IMG/VR virus record: IMGVR_UViG_3300042885_000751
Location: 9,935-73,934 of that record
Source: a virus
Lineage: Duplodnaviria > Caudoviricetes
DNA: 64,000 nt
Reading direction: 5' to 3' (one strand)
Part shown: positions 1-10,709 of the stretch, in pieces
Numbering within the stretch: position 1 is the stretch's first letter
Layout: each line of letters begins with the position of its first letter
Translations under genes and position numbers: made by a program
Notes under the pieces: generated by a model
The model's database searches: none
What the model was told of the DNA's origin: nothing
The model's input: the letters and a program-made list of their open reading frames with translations, nothing else

Positions 1-1
1 T

Positions 2-205
2 ATAATTTACTCTTTTTATGATATAACTACTGATTCTGAAATTACAGGTGTAAAAAATACTTCACCATTATTAACTTTTGATGATAATGTAGCAGGATCA
101 TATACAATGTTTAGAAATCAATCTTTAACATTAACTTGTGTGGAAGTTTTAGGAGCAGGGTATGCTTGGAATGTAGAATTAGCAAATGGTAAAATGATTA
201 GTTAA
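2..205 (+). CDS. 3' end of a hypothetical (probably structural) protein, truncated by window start
   Basis: Frame 2 is open from base 2 to TAA at 203-205 (...TLTCVEVLGAGYAWNVELANGKMIS*), followed by a terminator. Confidence 0.7.
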   Translation: MIYSFYDITTDSEITGVKNTSPLLTFDDNVAGSYTMFRNQSLTLTCVEVLGAGYAWNVELANGKMIS

Positions 206-251
206 TTTAAAAATATGTCGCAGTTTGTTGGTTTCTGTGGCTAACAACGAG

Positions 252-288
252 ACCCCGGTATGTATTTTATTACCGGGGTTATTTTTTA
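252..288 (+). terminator. Rho-independent terminator
   Basis: ACCCCGGTA / TACCGGGGT 9-bp stem followed by TATTTTTT. Confidence 0.8.
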
Positions 289-306
289 TATATGAGTTAT
301 ATATAT

Positions 307-314
307 TATATTTG
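307..314 (+). promoter_or_regulatory. Candidate Bacteroidota-type -7 promoter element (TAnnTTTG)
   Basis: TATATTTG in the intergenic region 55 nt upstream of the ATG at 369. Confidence 0.4.
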
Positions 315-368
315 TTTAACTTGTAATTTTTATAAGTCTGAAAAATTTAGTATATTAATGTATAAGGT

Positions 369-959
369 ATGGAAAGTAAAATATTTAAGGGACCAGATGT
401 AAAAGGTAAAAGATTTAGACAAGATGTATATCATGTATTAAATAGACAATTCTATAAAGCATTTAAAGAAAAGTATCCTAAATATAAGGATGTAAGTACT
501 AAGGACCTATATAAAATATGTACAACATTCCATAACTTATTTTTTGAAACAGTAATTGAAACTAGGGATGGTGTAAAGTTACCAGAAAATTTAGGTAACA
601 TATTTATTGGTACATGTCAAACAAGTAAGTTTAGAAGAAACATTGATTTTGGCAAGTCAACAAAATATGGAGTAATAGTAACAAATACAAATTGGGATAC
701 AGATGGCAAGCTTGCTAAAATCTTTTATACTAATAATGCTACTAAGTATACTTTTAGTAATAGAGAGTGTTGGGCTTTTGCAGGATGTAGAAACTTTAAA
801 AGAAGTGTAGCTAAAACATATTCAGAAAATTGGCCTATGTATATACAGGTTGATCCAATGAAAAAAATACGTAAAATGTTTACTAAGTCTAGGCAAAAGG
901 ATTACGTTAAAAGTATTGAAAAAGAAAAGTTAAAAACATATAATGAATTTGATATATGA
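369..959 (+). CDS. IHF/HU-like DNA-binding protein of crAss-like phages
   Basis: Basic protein with HU-like helix then VKLPENLGNIFI strand; lies directly before tail ring genes as in crAss-like gene order. Confidence 0.6.
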   Translation: MESKIFKGPDVKGKRFRQDVYHVLNRQFYKAFKEKYPKYKDVSTKDLYKICTTFHNLFFETVIETRDGVKLPENLGNIFIGTCQTSKFRRNIDFGKSTKYGVIVTNTNWDTDGKLAKIFYTNNATKYTFSNRECWAFAGCRNFKRSVAKTYSENWPMYIQVDPMKKIRKMFTKSRQKDYVKSIEKEKLKTYNEFDI

Positions 960-1627
960 CAACAATTGGTGAAGCAATATCAAGAGTTAGGAATGCACTT
1001 AAAGCTGTAAAGGAGGATCCATTCTTAACTGATAGAACAATATATTTTGCAATATCAAAATATGGGAAATCTCTTTTAAAGAGAGAAGATAATCAGAATA
1101 GGTTAATGAAGATAAGCTCAATATTTTCTACTTTAACATTTGTTGAATTAATAGATGTAGATAAAGTAGAGGCAGGATGCTTTGGTATTACTTCTGGTTG
1201 TTATATAAAAAGAACTAAAGAAAGACTACCTAAGTTTTTTGATGGACTTAATGGGCCACTTATACGTACTGTATCTTCATTAGATACATCAGTAGAATTA
1301 TTCAGAACTGATCCAGGTACATATTCTTCTATGACTAAAGTAAATAGTTTCAGATATAATACTAGAAAATATTTCTGGTATTTAGATGGTTATTTATATA
1401 TGCCTAATGTTCCATGGGAAGCAATTAAAGTAGAAGGTATGTTTGAAGATACTATTACAGGATTTACATGTGATACATCTCAAGAATGTAGATTCAGAAA
1501 TGATGATCAATTAATGTTTCCAGATTACTTATTTGGTGAGATTGAACAATATGTATTAAAAGAATTAACTATGTCTATTAATGTACCTGCAAATGGTCCT
1601 GATGATAGTCAAAACTCATTAAGATAA
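956..1627 (+). CDS. Tail ring (tubular) protein
   Basis: 223 aa, coupled start/stop; N-terminal helix then beta region (YFWYLDGYLY); synteny upstream of muzzle. Confidence 0.55.
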   Translation: MTTIGEAISRVRNALKAVKEDPFLTDRTIYFAISKYGKSLLKREDNQNRLMKISSIFSTLTFVELIDVDKVEAGCFGITSGCYIKRTKERLPKFFDGLNGPLIRTVSSLDTSVELFRTDPGTYSSMTKVNSFRYNTRKYFWYLDGYLYMPNVPWEAIKVEGMFEDTITGFTCDTSQECRFRNDDQLMFPDYLFGEIEQYVLKELTMSINVPANGPDDSQNSLR

Positions 1628-2643
1628 TGGACTTTAACTATACTCTCAAATTCCGTACATTTGACCAATTACTGGAAGATGTTACTATTGACTTAAATAC
1701 ATATGCTCTTGAAAATTTAATTGAGCCTCAACAACTAATTAAAGTTGCAAAAAGAGTAACATATGATTTAGGTCTTAGAATCAATATGACCAAAGAAGCT
1801 ATATTAGAAGTAGAACATCATAAGATAAAATTACCTGATGATTTTTACACTATGAACTTTGGGTCAATATGTGGATCATTTAGACAAAATGTAGGTTATC
1901 AATCTGGAGGTACTACTACTATGGAAGTACCTTATACTGAAGTACCAAGTACAATAGATATATGTGCCCCTCCTACAGTTAATTGTAGCACTTGTAATGC
2001 TAATCCATGTAATCATACTGTTGCTTGTGCAAATAGTACATTTAATAATACTCCTATATTAGTTCCACAATATGATCCTAATAATCCATTTGGTAATACT
2101 TGTGTAAGACCAAGAGTATTTTCTAATTGTAAAGGTGAAGCATTTGAATTAATTCAAGTATTACCTACTGGAGAAACAAGAACATATGAATCACTTATTC
2201 CTTTGAGGTTTAGATCTTCAAGAGAAATAGAATGTGATTGCCCTAATCTTTATCTTAATGCACCTAATGAAGCATGGATTAAAGATGGTTTCTTACATAC
2301 TACATTTGATTGTGGTAAAGTATATATTAATTATCAAGGAACACTAGAAGATGATAATGGTAACTTATTAGTTCCAGATCATGATGAGATTAATGAGTAT
2401 TATGAATATGCTGTAAAGCAAAGAATATTTGAAAACTTATATCTTAATGGTGAAGATGTAGTACAGAAATTACAACTCATAGAACAAAGATTAAAAGCTG
2501 CAAGAAATTATGCTTTATCAATTGTTAATACACCTAACTTTGCAGAGATGAAAGGATTATGGATGGCTAACAGAAGAGCACAATATTCTAAATACTATGA
2601 CATGTTTAAAAGTTTTAACTATAACAGTATGCGGATATTATAA
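1627..2643 (+). CDS. Tail tubular/ring protein (P22 gp4-like) with Cys-rich insertion
   Basis: KIKLPDDFY and TFDCGKVYINY...DDNGNLLVPD segments typical of crAss-like tail tubular protein; adjacent to muzzle. Confidence 0.65.
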   Translation: MDFNYTLKFRTFDQLLEDVTIDLNTYALENLIEPQQLIKVAKRVTYDLGLRINMTKEAILEVEHHKIKLPDDFYTMNFGSICGSFRQNVGYQSGGTTTMEVPYTEVPSTIDICAPPTVNCSTCNANPCNHTVACANSTFNNTPILVPQYDPNNPFGNTCVRPRVFSNCKGEAFELIQVLPTGETRTYESLIPLRFRSSREIECDCPNLYLNAPNEAWIKDGFLHTTFDCGKVYINYQGTLEDDNGNLLVPDHDEINEYYEYAVKQRIFENLYLNGEDVVQKLQLIEQRLKAARNYALSIVNTPNFAEMKGLWMANRRAQYSKYYDMFKSFNYNSMRIL

Positions 2644-2655
2644 TATTATTATGTT

Positions 2656-5600
2656 ATGGCAAAGAAAAATATACAAGATACAGGTCAAAATAAAACAAAT
2701 ACCTTTATAAAGGGATTAAATAAAGATTCAGATCCTACATTTGTAAGTGAGGGCATGTGGACTCATGCGCGTAATGCAGTTAACAATACATTAGAAGGTA
2801 ATGTTGGTACATTATCAAATGAAACATCAAATGTATTTTGTGCAGAAGCAGGAGCAACTTTAGGTGGTAAAAAATATATTATAGGTGCAATACATTTATA
2901 TAGTGATAAATGGATTCTTTTTACTGTAGCACATCCATCATCAGGAGTTGGTGCAGCTACTGGACATGAAATAGGATTATTTGAAGAAGATACCTGTAGA
3001 TATAGAATTATTGTACAGGATACATGTTTAAATTTTGATAAACAATTTTTAATTACTGGTGCATCAAGAGAAAAAGAAGATTGCTCATGGTCTGTATATT
3101 TTGCTGATGGTAATAATCCTGATAGATATTTAAATGTTGGGGATGATGCTTTATGGCCATCTTCTGATTATATATGGATTGGTAATAATACATATGCAAA
3201 TGGATCAGGTGTAAATATTCAATGGCCAGGAGTTCAATGGGATCAAGAATGTAAAGATGAAAACGGTATAGTAGTTCCAGCTCCAGGTGGTTATATTCCT
3301 GTAGGATGTATTATATGTAAAGATTTAACAACATTAAATTGTGAAGCCTTAAGACTTGCAAGATTAATGAATACTCCAACTATTCAAGTTGAACCAGGTG
3401 TTGGTGGAGGTGTATTAAGAAATGGATCATACTTTGCAACTCTTGCGTATACTATTAAAGGTCAAAGAGTTACAGATTATTTTTCACCAAGTAATACTCA
3501 ACCAATTTGGAATGTTAATGATGTACAAGGATCTATTGATATATTAATTACAGCTGACTCAACACATTTTGATGAATTTGAATTAGTAGTAGTACAAATA
3601 ATTAATCAAGGAGCAGTAGCAAAAAGAATAGGTTTATATTCTACAAATACTTCTGTAGTACATTTAGATCAGATTAAAGATGATTTAATAACTATTCCAA
3701 TTGAATTTCTTCCTTTAAGAACTCCGGTGTATGAAACATCAGATCAAATTACTGAGGTTAATACATACTTATTAAGAATTGCACCAAGATCTAAATTTGA
3801 TTTTAACTATCAACCTTTAGCTAATCAAATAAGATCACAATGGGTATCAGTAGAGTATCCAGCAGATTATTATGTAAAAGGAGGAAGTAATACAAGTTAC
3901 TTAAGAGATGAAGTATATGCTTTCTTTATCAGATGGGTGTATAGTACTGGAGATAAATCTTCTTCATATCATATTCCTGGACGTGCTCCAACACAATACG
4001 GAGCAACCTTTGAAACAGATCCTGCAACAGGTATAGATGTTTTAGATACAACTGATAGAGTATTTGAAGTATATAATACAGCAACTTTAGGTGGCTTGCC
4101 TCCTGTAACAACATTACCTGATGGAGGCATAATTAAAGCTCAAGGTAGAATGGGATACTGGGAATCAACAGAAAAATATCCAGATAATAGAGATGATATA
4201 TGGAATGCATCATCACAATGTTGGTCAGGTACAACTGATCCTCAATTTGATTTATGTGCCAAACCAATAAGACATCATAAATTTCCTGATAACATTACTC
4301 AAGGTTCACTTTTAACTAATCATTATTCTCAAGGTGGTAATGGTATTAGATTAATGGGTGTAAACTTTACTAATATATTTTTACCAAAAGATAATGATGG
4401 TAATGATATACCAGGAATAGTAGGTTATGAAATACTAAGAGGATCTAGAGAAGGTAATAGAAGCATTATTGCTAAAGGTATGGTAAATAACATGCGCACC
4501 TATGACATTAAAGGTAACAGTGCTGGAAACAGAATTGGTTTATATCCTAATTATCCTTTTAATACTATTACACCACTTTCAAGTTTATTAGGTGGAAATG
4601 TTTCAGGTGTTAATGATCCATATATTAGATTGACAAATAGCAATGATCAAATTGTAGATCAAATAATACCAACTAATTTAATGACTTTTCATTCACCAGA
4701 TACTAATTTTAGAAATCCTTATTTATCTGTTACTGAATTAAAAATATATGGTAGTTTAAGAGGTACTTCAATACAGTATTTTCAAGAACCCAATAATCAT
4801 CCAAAATTTAAACTGTTAGCTGATATAGCAGTAGCTGCAGGGATATTAGCCGGTGTTATTGAAGTTGCATTACAACAAGGAGGTAAATGGACAATTAATG
4901 AAAATACAAGTACTCCAGGTACTGGTGCTGGAGATATTGTTGGAGCTGTATCACGTACAGCTGGAGGTATTTTTCAACCAATAAAAAGTGCTTATGATGC
5001 TACAGTTTCAGCTTATTTGACATCAGGTGGATTTTTACTTGATTCAGTTAATCCAATTGGTGATCCAATTTATCAACTTTTTAATATCCCATATCAAGCT
5101 GCTGCTGGAGTTGCTGCTGCTGCTGGAGCAATTAGTATTAATGGTAAAAGTTATACAAAAGATATACCTAAATATAAATACGCAGGTCCTTTTGGTATTG
5201 CTAATTTTATTCAACAATCATTTTTCTATTTTTCAGAAGGAGCAAATACAACAATTAGATTAATATATGCATTAATACCATATAGACAATATGCATTACA
5301 AGCTATTGCAGAAGGTTATTATAGTAGTTTTGCTGCACCAATTGCAGGTAATAGACAAAGATTTAATATTGAGGATAGTTTATATTTAAAAAATAATATT
5401 CAAAGTATTAAACCTTTTAGTGGGATTAGTTATATAATTAATAATCTTCAAAGACAGACAACTGTTACTTTAAGAACTACTAATAACTTAAATCAAAATT
5501 TTGGACCTGATTTTATTACAGATCCTTCTTCTCCTACAGGATTAGCTGATACTTCACTTGTAACATTAGGTACTGCTATACAAGCAGGTATAGGTTTACC

Positions 5601-7944
5601 AGTTAATATGACATCAGGTAAAACTAATGAATTTAATCTTAATATTGCAAGTCATTATGTTGGTATAAAAGTTAGATTAAAAAATCAATATGGTCAACTT
5701 GATTCTCTTAAACAAATACCTATTACACCAGCAGAACAAAAATTAAATTATAATAATCAAAACATACCAGTAGTATTTAGTAGTTTCTGGTGTACTATTA
5801 GTACTCCTTATGGTACTGCAGCTAAATTAGTTACTTTAGAAGTAATAACTCAAACCCCAGTATTATTTGGAGGAGATGTTTATGTAAATAGATATACTGA
5901 AAAGAATAACATGTTCTTTTTCTATGATTGGTTATATGGTCAACCTGATGGTTATGAATATAATTATATTTTAAAACATATGATTGCTGAACCAAGGTTC
6001 TGGGCTAATAGTGCAGAATATGATGTAGGTGATCTTACACCAGGTTCAATTGCAGATTTACTTGATCCACCTCCTGGAACAGGACTTTTACCAACAGGTT
6101 TTTATAATTTAGATTACTATGTAGGTGACTTACGTAAATATGATTATAATCAAGATCAACCAACAGGTTCTCCAGATAAATATCCTGGAATCTTTGGTGC
6201 TAAAGATTCATATTTTTATTTAGCTAATTCTTCAGTAAGAGATTTCTTTGTTGAGTCAGATGTAATAGTAGATTTTAGACAACCTGGTTTAGAAACTTGG
6301 CAAAAAAATTATGATGTAAATACATATACCAATTTACCAGAAATGTTTAATATGGACCCTAATACAATAACACTGGGTAACTATTATGCATATGACTATT
6401 CATTAAGTATATCTAAAGTATTTACACAATATTTTTCACAAGGTAATCTTCAATCAAGATATTATGATCCTAATGTATCTCAGTTATGTTATACTTACTA
6501 TCCTGATAGAGTAGTATATTCATTACCACAACAAAATGAATCATCAAAAGATTCATGGTTTGTATATTTAGTAAATAACTATAAAGAATTTAAAAATAGA
6601 ATTACTAGTATAAAACCTTATGCTAAGACTGGTATGTTTATTACATTCCAAAATGCTAGTCCATTAATGTATCAAGGTGTAGATACTCTTACAACTGAGT
6701 TGGGTACCAAACTTACTATAGGTGATGGTGGTTTATTTGCTAACCCTCCTCAGAATGTTACTATATCAGATGTACAGTATGAGTATGGTTCTTCTCAAAA
6801 TAAATTTGGTGTTATTGGAACTCCTGCTGGCATGTATTATATGTCTCAAAATCAAGGAAGAGTATTTTCATTTACTCAAAATTTAACAGAAATATCTCAA
6901 GCAGGTATGAAATGGTGGTTTAGTTTATTCTTACCATATAAACTTACTGAAGATTTTCCAGAATATCCACATACAGATAATCCTGTAGCAGGTATTGGTA
7001 CTCAAGCAGTATATGATAATTATAACGGTGTTATATATTTCTGTAAAAAAGATTATAAACTAAGACCTGAATATATAGGTAAAGTAGTATATGTTTCTTA
7101 TGGTGATTATTTCTTAGTAAATGGTTCAGCAAAAGTAGAATTAGGTAATCCACTTATATTTGAAAATGCTTCATGGACCACAAGTTTTGACCCTAAAAAT
7201 CAACATTGGATATCTTTCCATGACTGGCATCCAGATTTTGTATTACCAGCAAGACAATATTTTGCAACAACTAAAGGAGGTAAGGTATGGAAACATAATG
7301 CAGTATGTAACAGTTACTGTAATTTCTATGGTGTTCAACATCCATTTGAAGTTGAAATACCCCTTATTACGGGACAAACAGTTACCACTCTAAAATCTAT
7401 AGAGTATATACTTGAATGCTATAAGAATCATTCTAATAACTGTGTAGATCAATTCCATGTGTTAGATTATAATTTTGATAAAGCAGTAATATTTAATTCA
7501 GAACAAGTATCAGGATACTTAAATCTTAATATTTTTCCTAAGAATAATATTACTCTAGCTAATACATATCCAATTATTAATCCTACATCTATAGATATAT
7601 TATTCTCTAAAGAAGAAAATAAATATAGATTTAATCAATTCTGGGATATAACAAGAAATAGAGGTGAGTTTCCAGTTGGATCTAATTATCCTCCAACAGG
7701 ACCATTAGTTCCTGGTACTACAGTATTAGCAGGAAGTTATGATCAAGAATCAATATGGGTAACACAGTCTAATGGATATATAAAAACATTAACTCCAACA
7801 AATTTGAATTATAATAAAACAGAGCTACAAAGAAAAAAATTCAGAAATTATTTAAATTTTTTATATTTAAGCAGAACTGATTCAAAAGATGTTAATATGA
7901 TTATTAAATTGAGTAATAGTAAAAATCAAATATCACTAAGATAA
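2656..7944 (+). CDS. Tail stabilisation/muzzle protein (P22 gp10-like)
   Basis: 1762 aa beta-rich; N-terminal FIKGLNKD, SYLRDEVYAFFI, IRHHKFPD, SWTTSF...WISFHDWHP motifs; synteny. Confidence 0.75.
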   Translation: MAKKNIQDTGQNKTNTFIKGLNKDSDPTFVSEGMWTHARNAVNNTLEGNVGTLSNETSNVFCAEAGATLGGKKYIIGAIHLYSDKWILFTVAHPSSGVGAATGHEIGLFEEDTCRYRIIVQDTCLNFDKQFLITGASREKEDCSWSVYFADGNNPDRYLNVGDDALWPSSDYIWIGNNTYANGSGVNIQWPGVQWDQECKDENGIVVPAPGGYIPVGCIICKDLTTLNCEALRLARLMNTPTIQVEPGVGGGVLRNGSYFATLAYTIKGQRVTDYFSPSNTQPIWNVNDVQGSIDILITADSTHFDEFELVVVQIINQGAVAKRIGLYSTNTSVVHLDQIKDDLITIPIEFLPLRTPVYETSDQITEVNTYLLRIAPRSKFDFNYQPLANQIRSQWVSVEYPADYYVKGGSNTSYLRDEVYAFFIRWVYSTGDKSSSYHIPGRAPTQYGATFETDPATGIDVLDTTDRVFEVYNTATLGGLPPVTTLPDGGIIKAQGRMGYWESTEKYPDNRDDIWNASSQCWSGTTDPQFDLCAKPIRHHKFPDNITQGSLLTNHYSQGGNGIRLMGVNFTNIFLPKDNDGNDIPGIVGYEILRGSREGNRSIIAKGMVNNMRTYDIKGNSAGNRIGLYPNYPFNTITPLSSLLGGNVSGVNDPYIRLTNSNDQIVDQIIPTNLMTFHSPDTNFRNPYLSVTELKIYGSLRGTSIQYFQEPNNHPKFKLLADIAVAAGILAGVIEVALQQGGKWTINENTSTPGTGAGDIVGAVSRTAGGIFQPIKSAYDATVSAYLTSGGFLLDSVNPIGDPIYQLFNIPYQAAAGVAAAAGAISINGKSYTKDIPKYKYAGPFGIANFIQQSFFYFSEGANTTIRLIYALIPYRQYALQAIAEGYYSSFAAPIAGNRQRFNIEDSLYLKNNIQSIKPFSGISYIINNLQRQTTVTLRTTNNLNQNFGPDFITDPSSPTGLADTSLVTLGTAIQAGIGLPVNMTSGKTNEFNLNIASHYVGIKVRLKNQYGQLDSLKQIPITPAEQKLNYNNQNIPVVFSSFWCTISTPYGTAAKLVTLEVITQTPVLFGGDVYVNRYTEKNNMFFFYDWLYGQPDGYEYNYILKHMIAEPRFWANSAEYDVGDLTPGSIADLLDPPPGTGLLPTGFYNLDYYVGDLRKYDYNQDQPTGSPDKYPGIFGAKDSYFYLANSSVRDFFVESDVIVDFRQPGLETWQKNYDVNTYTNLPEMFNMDPNTITLGNYYAYDYSLSISKVFTQYFSQGNLQSRYYDPNVSQLCYTYYPDRVVYSLPQQNESSKDSWFVYLVNNYKEFKNRITSIKPYAKTGMFITFQNASPLMYQGVDTLTTELGTKLTIGDGGLFANPPQNVTISDVQYEYGSSQNKFGVIGTPAGMYYMSQNQGRVFSFTQNLTEISQAGMKWWFSLFLPYKLTEDFPEYPHTDNPVAGIGTQAVYDNYNGVIYFCKKDYKLRPEYIGKVVYVSYGDYFLVNGSAKVELGNPLIFENASWTTSFDPKNQHWISFHDWHPDFVLPARQYFATTKGGKVWKHNAVCNSYCNFYGVQHPFEVEIPLITGQTVTTLKSIEYILECYKNHSNNCVDQFHVLDYNFDKAVIFNSEQVSGYLNLNIFPKNNITLANTYPIINPTSIDILFSKEENKYRFNQFWDITRNRGEFPVGSNYPPTGPLVPGTTVLAGSYDQESIWVTQSNGYIKTLTPTNLNYNKTELQRKKFRNYLNFLYLSRTDSKDVNMIIKLSNSKNQISLR

Positions 7945-10649
7945 TGGGATTTAATAAAAAAGTATTATCTAAAGCTGTATCAGAATTAGATAAAGCAAAA
8001 GCACCAGCAAAGCCAAGAGATATAACTGTTGATCCTATGGGTTATTGGAATCCTGCTAATCAAGGTCAACCAGTAAGAATCCCTGGTAATGATATTACTA
8101 TGCAAGGTGTACCTTATCCTGTATGGGCTCAACCTAATGTAGGTCCTGGATCAATGATGCAGCCTAATCAAGATTATAACTTTCCTGGTGCATCTTATGT
8201 AGATGAAACACCTATGGCAAAAAAGGGTGGTACTCTTCAAAGCAAAAAGTATTCTAAGAGTATGTCTGCTACTAATAAACTCTTTGCTAAGAATAAGTTA
8301 TTCCAAAATAAAAAGAGTAAGATATTTGATCCTAATGCTGAGTTTAAAACAGGAGGTTCTAAACTTGGTACTATTAATCTTAATCCTAATCCATTAAGTC
8401 ACTATGAATTAAATTATGGTTTTAATTTACCTACTGAAGAAGATGGTGGAGAAGCTGATTATGAAGACCAAGATCTTACTGATGAAGAGATACAAGCATA
8501 TAGAGATGCAGGATATGAAATAGAAGAATTACCAGAAGCACAAGTAGGTGGTCCACAAAATACTGCAGGTCCAAGAGCAGAAGAAATATCTACTAATGTA
8601 GATGCTATGAATGCAATGATGAAAGCTAGAATGGCTACAGATGCTGCATTTGGAAATTCATCAGCTCAAAGAATGATTTCTCCTAATCCTAAAACTTATG
8701 ATTTTGGGAATGGAAATTTAGGTACACATTTTATGGCTTCCATGGGAAATCAAGCAGTACCATTGTTACAAGATAAAGGTGGTAATGAATTAGAATATAA
8801 TGAAAACCCTCCTCCAAGTAATGAAGATATGAATTTCAGAACTCCTGAAGAAGCTCAATATTTTGCGGAACACTATAAAGAAGTGGCACCAATGATGAAA
8901 GGATTTAAGAAGGGTGGTTATGTACAACATGAACTTGCTAAAGCACAAAAAGGTGAAGAAAAACAAGATCCTGATATTTCTTTAGAAGATTATTTAAAAC
9001 TATATGAAAACTCTTTAGCTTTAGAAAAAGGCATTACAAGTATGCCTAATTATAAATTAGAAAATACTGATACTAATGTAGATGATTATTTAAAACAATT
9101 AGAAACAGCAAGAAATAATTGGCTTGAATATGACACAGTTCATAATAAAAATAGAAAAGAAATACAAGACCGTTTAAATGATAAAAAATCTCCACCAACA
9201 GAAAAAAATAGGATAGCATTTGAAAAGATATTAAAAGAAAAATTACAACCTAGAGAAATTCAGGATTATTATACTGTTGTATCACCAAATAATTTTTATC
9301 AAAGAGATATCACAAATGCTTTTGTAAATAAAGAGTTTACACCTGCATATTATGATTCTAGAATAAAACCTTCTTCAAGAAATACTTATTATGGCTACCG
9401 TCCAGGACGAGATGGTACTGAGGAAACATTTGATAAAATTGAATTATATAAATATGATCCAGTTGAAGTTAAAAAACAAGCTTTATTAAAATATACTGAT
9501 TCTGAAGAAGCTTTTCAAAATGCTTTAAATAAATCTACAGGCAATGATATAACTCCATTAAAACGTATACAATATGCACAATCTGTGCAACCCAAACAAG
9601 AAATAATACCTGCTGTACCATATGTAAAACTTAAACATTATAGAGATTGGAATCCTACTGGTTATCATGGTGAAAATATAGAAATGCCAGAAGGATATAC
9701 TCAACAAGATGTTGAAAAAGAAATAAGAAAAAGGCAATCAGCAGAATATGATAAAAGAGCATTAGAGTATCAACAACAAGAAAAAGCTAAAATTACTAAA
9801 AGATTAAAACCAGTAGGTCTTACTGAAAATTTTAAAGAAGGTGGAACACTAGTTAAAGCACAGAATGGTAAAACAGTAAAACCATTATTAATATCAGATC
9901 CTAAAAAGTATGCTTATAGAAAAACTGCATATGATGACAGTTTAAAAATATATAATATTGATAAAAATGTAATAGATTTATCTAAAAAAAATGCAATTGG
10001 TAATTTACCAGATGATGTATATTTTAATAATGCAAAATTAATTATGAATTATCAGGATCAAATTAATAAAATAAAAAAAAATTCAAAAGTAAAACATAAT
10101 ATGGTAAAACTCCCTGGTAATCAAATTAAAGGGGATATTGCAAAAGGTTATAAAAAACCTGTAGAACCAGTAAACTATATACAATCATTACAACCAATAG
10201 ATAAAAAACCTGTAAAGCATATACCTCCCAAAAATGTTGTTATAAATAAACCTGCTCCTGCTGTACAAGAAAACAATATAGTAGGTACTTTAGTTCCAAG
10301 AATCATACAACAATTTGTAACACCAAATACTGAGTTACAACCTACTAATTTTCAAACAATACCTAAGAAACCACAAGGTCCAAGATACGGTACATTAGCT
10401 GGTGATGAGAATTTAAACTTACCTGAGAACTACACTCAACAACAAAGAGAAGCAGCTAGAAAAAAAAGAGATGCTGATGAGTTTACAAGAAAAACATTAG
10501 AGTATCAAGCTAAACAACGTGGTACAAAGGCACCTATAGCACAGATGTTTCAAAAAGGTGGTGATGTTGAATCTTGGGAAGATGAACTAGATGATGATGA
10601 AATTAAAGCCTTAGAAGCAGCAGGATATACTATAGAAAGAATTAAATAA
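7944..10649 (+). CDS. Virion cargo/ejection protein, low complexity
   Basis: 901 aa, no Cys, repeated xxxGG motifs; N-terminal IPGNDITMQGVPYPV...MMQPNQDYNFPG..VDETP domain; follows muzzle. Confidence 0.6.
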   Translation: MGFNKKVLSKAVSELDKAKAPAKPRDITVDPMGYWNPANQGQPVRIPGNDITMQGVPYPVWAQPNVGPGSMMQPNQDYNFPGASYVDETPMAKKGGTLQSKKYSKSMSATNKLFAKNKLFQNKKSKIFDPNAEFKTGGSKLGTINLNPNPLSHYELNYGFNLPTEEDGGEADYEDQDLTDEEIQAYRDAGYEIEELPEAQVGGPQNTAGPRAEEISTNVDAMNAMMKARMATDAAFGNSSAQRMISPNPKTYDFGNGNLGTHFMASMGNQAVPLLQDKGGNELEYNENPPPSNEDMNFRTPEEAQYFAEHYKEVAPMMKGFKKGGYVQHELAKAQKGEEKQDPDISLEDYLKLYENSLALEKGITSMPNYKLENTDTNVDDYLKQLETARNNWLEYDTVHNKNRKEIQDRLNDKKSPPTEKNRIAFEKILKEKLQPREIQDYYTVVSPNNFYQRDITNAFVNKEFTPAYYDSRIKPSSRNTYYGYRPGRDGTEETFDKIELYKYDPVEVKKQALLKYTDSEEAFQNALNKSTGNDITPLKRIQYAQSVQPKQEIIPAVPYVKLKHYRDWNPTGYHGENIEMPEGYTQQDVEKEIRKRQSAEYDKRALEYQQQEKAKITKRLKPVGLTENFKEGGTLVKAQNGKTVKPLLISDPKKYAYRKTAYDDSLKIYNIDKNVIDLSKKNAIGNLPDDVYFNNAKLIMNYQDQINKIKKNSKVKHNMVKLPGNQIKGDIAKGYKKPVEPVNYIQSLQPIDKKPVKHIPPKNVVINKPAPAVQENNIVGTLVPRIIQQFVTPNTELQPTNFQTIPKKPQGPRYGTLAGDENLNLPENYTQQQREAARKKRDADEFTRKTLEYQAKQRGTKAPIAQMFQKGGDVESWEDELDDDEIKALEAAGYTIERIK

Positions 10650-10709
10650 ACTTTTAATGTTTATTCAGTAAACCAAAAATTATTATATTTAATATATATT
10701 ACATGTTAT

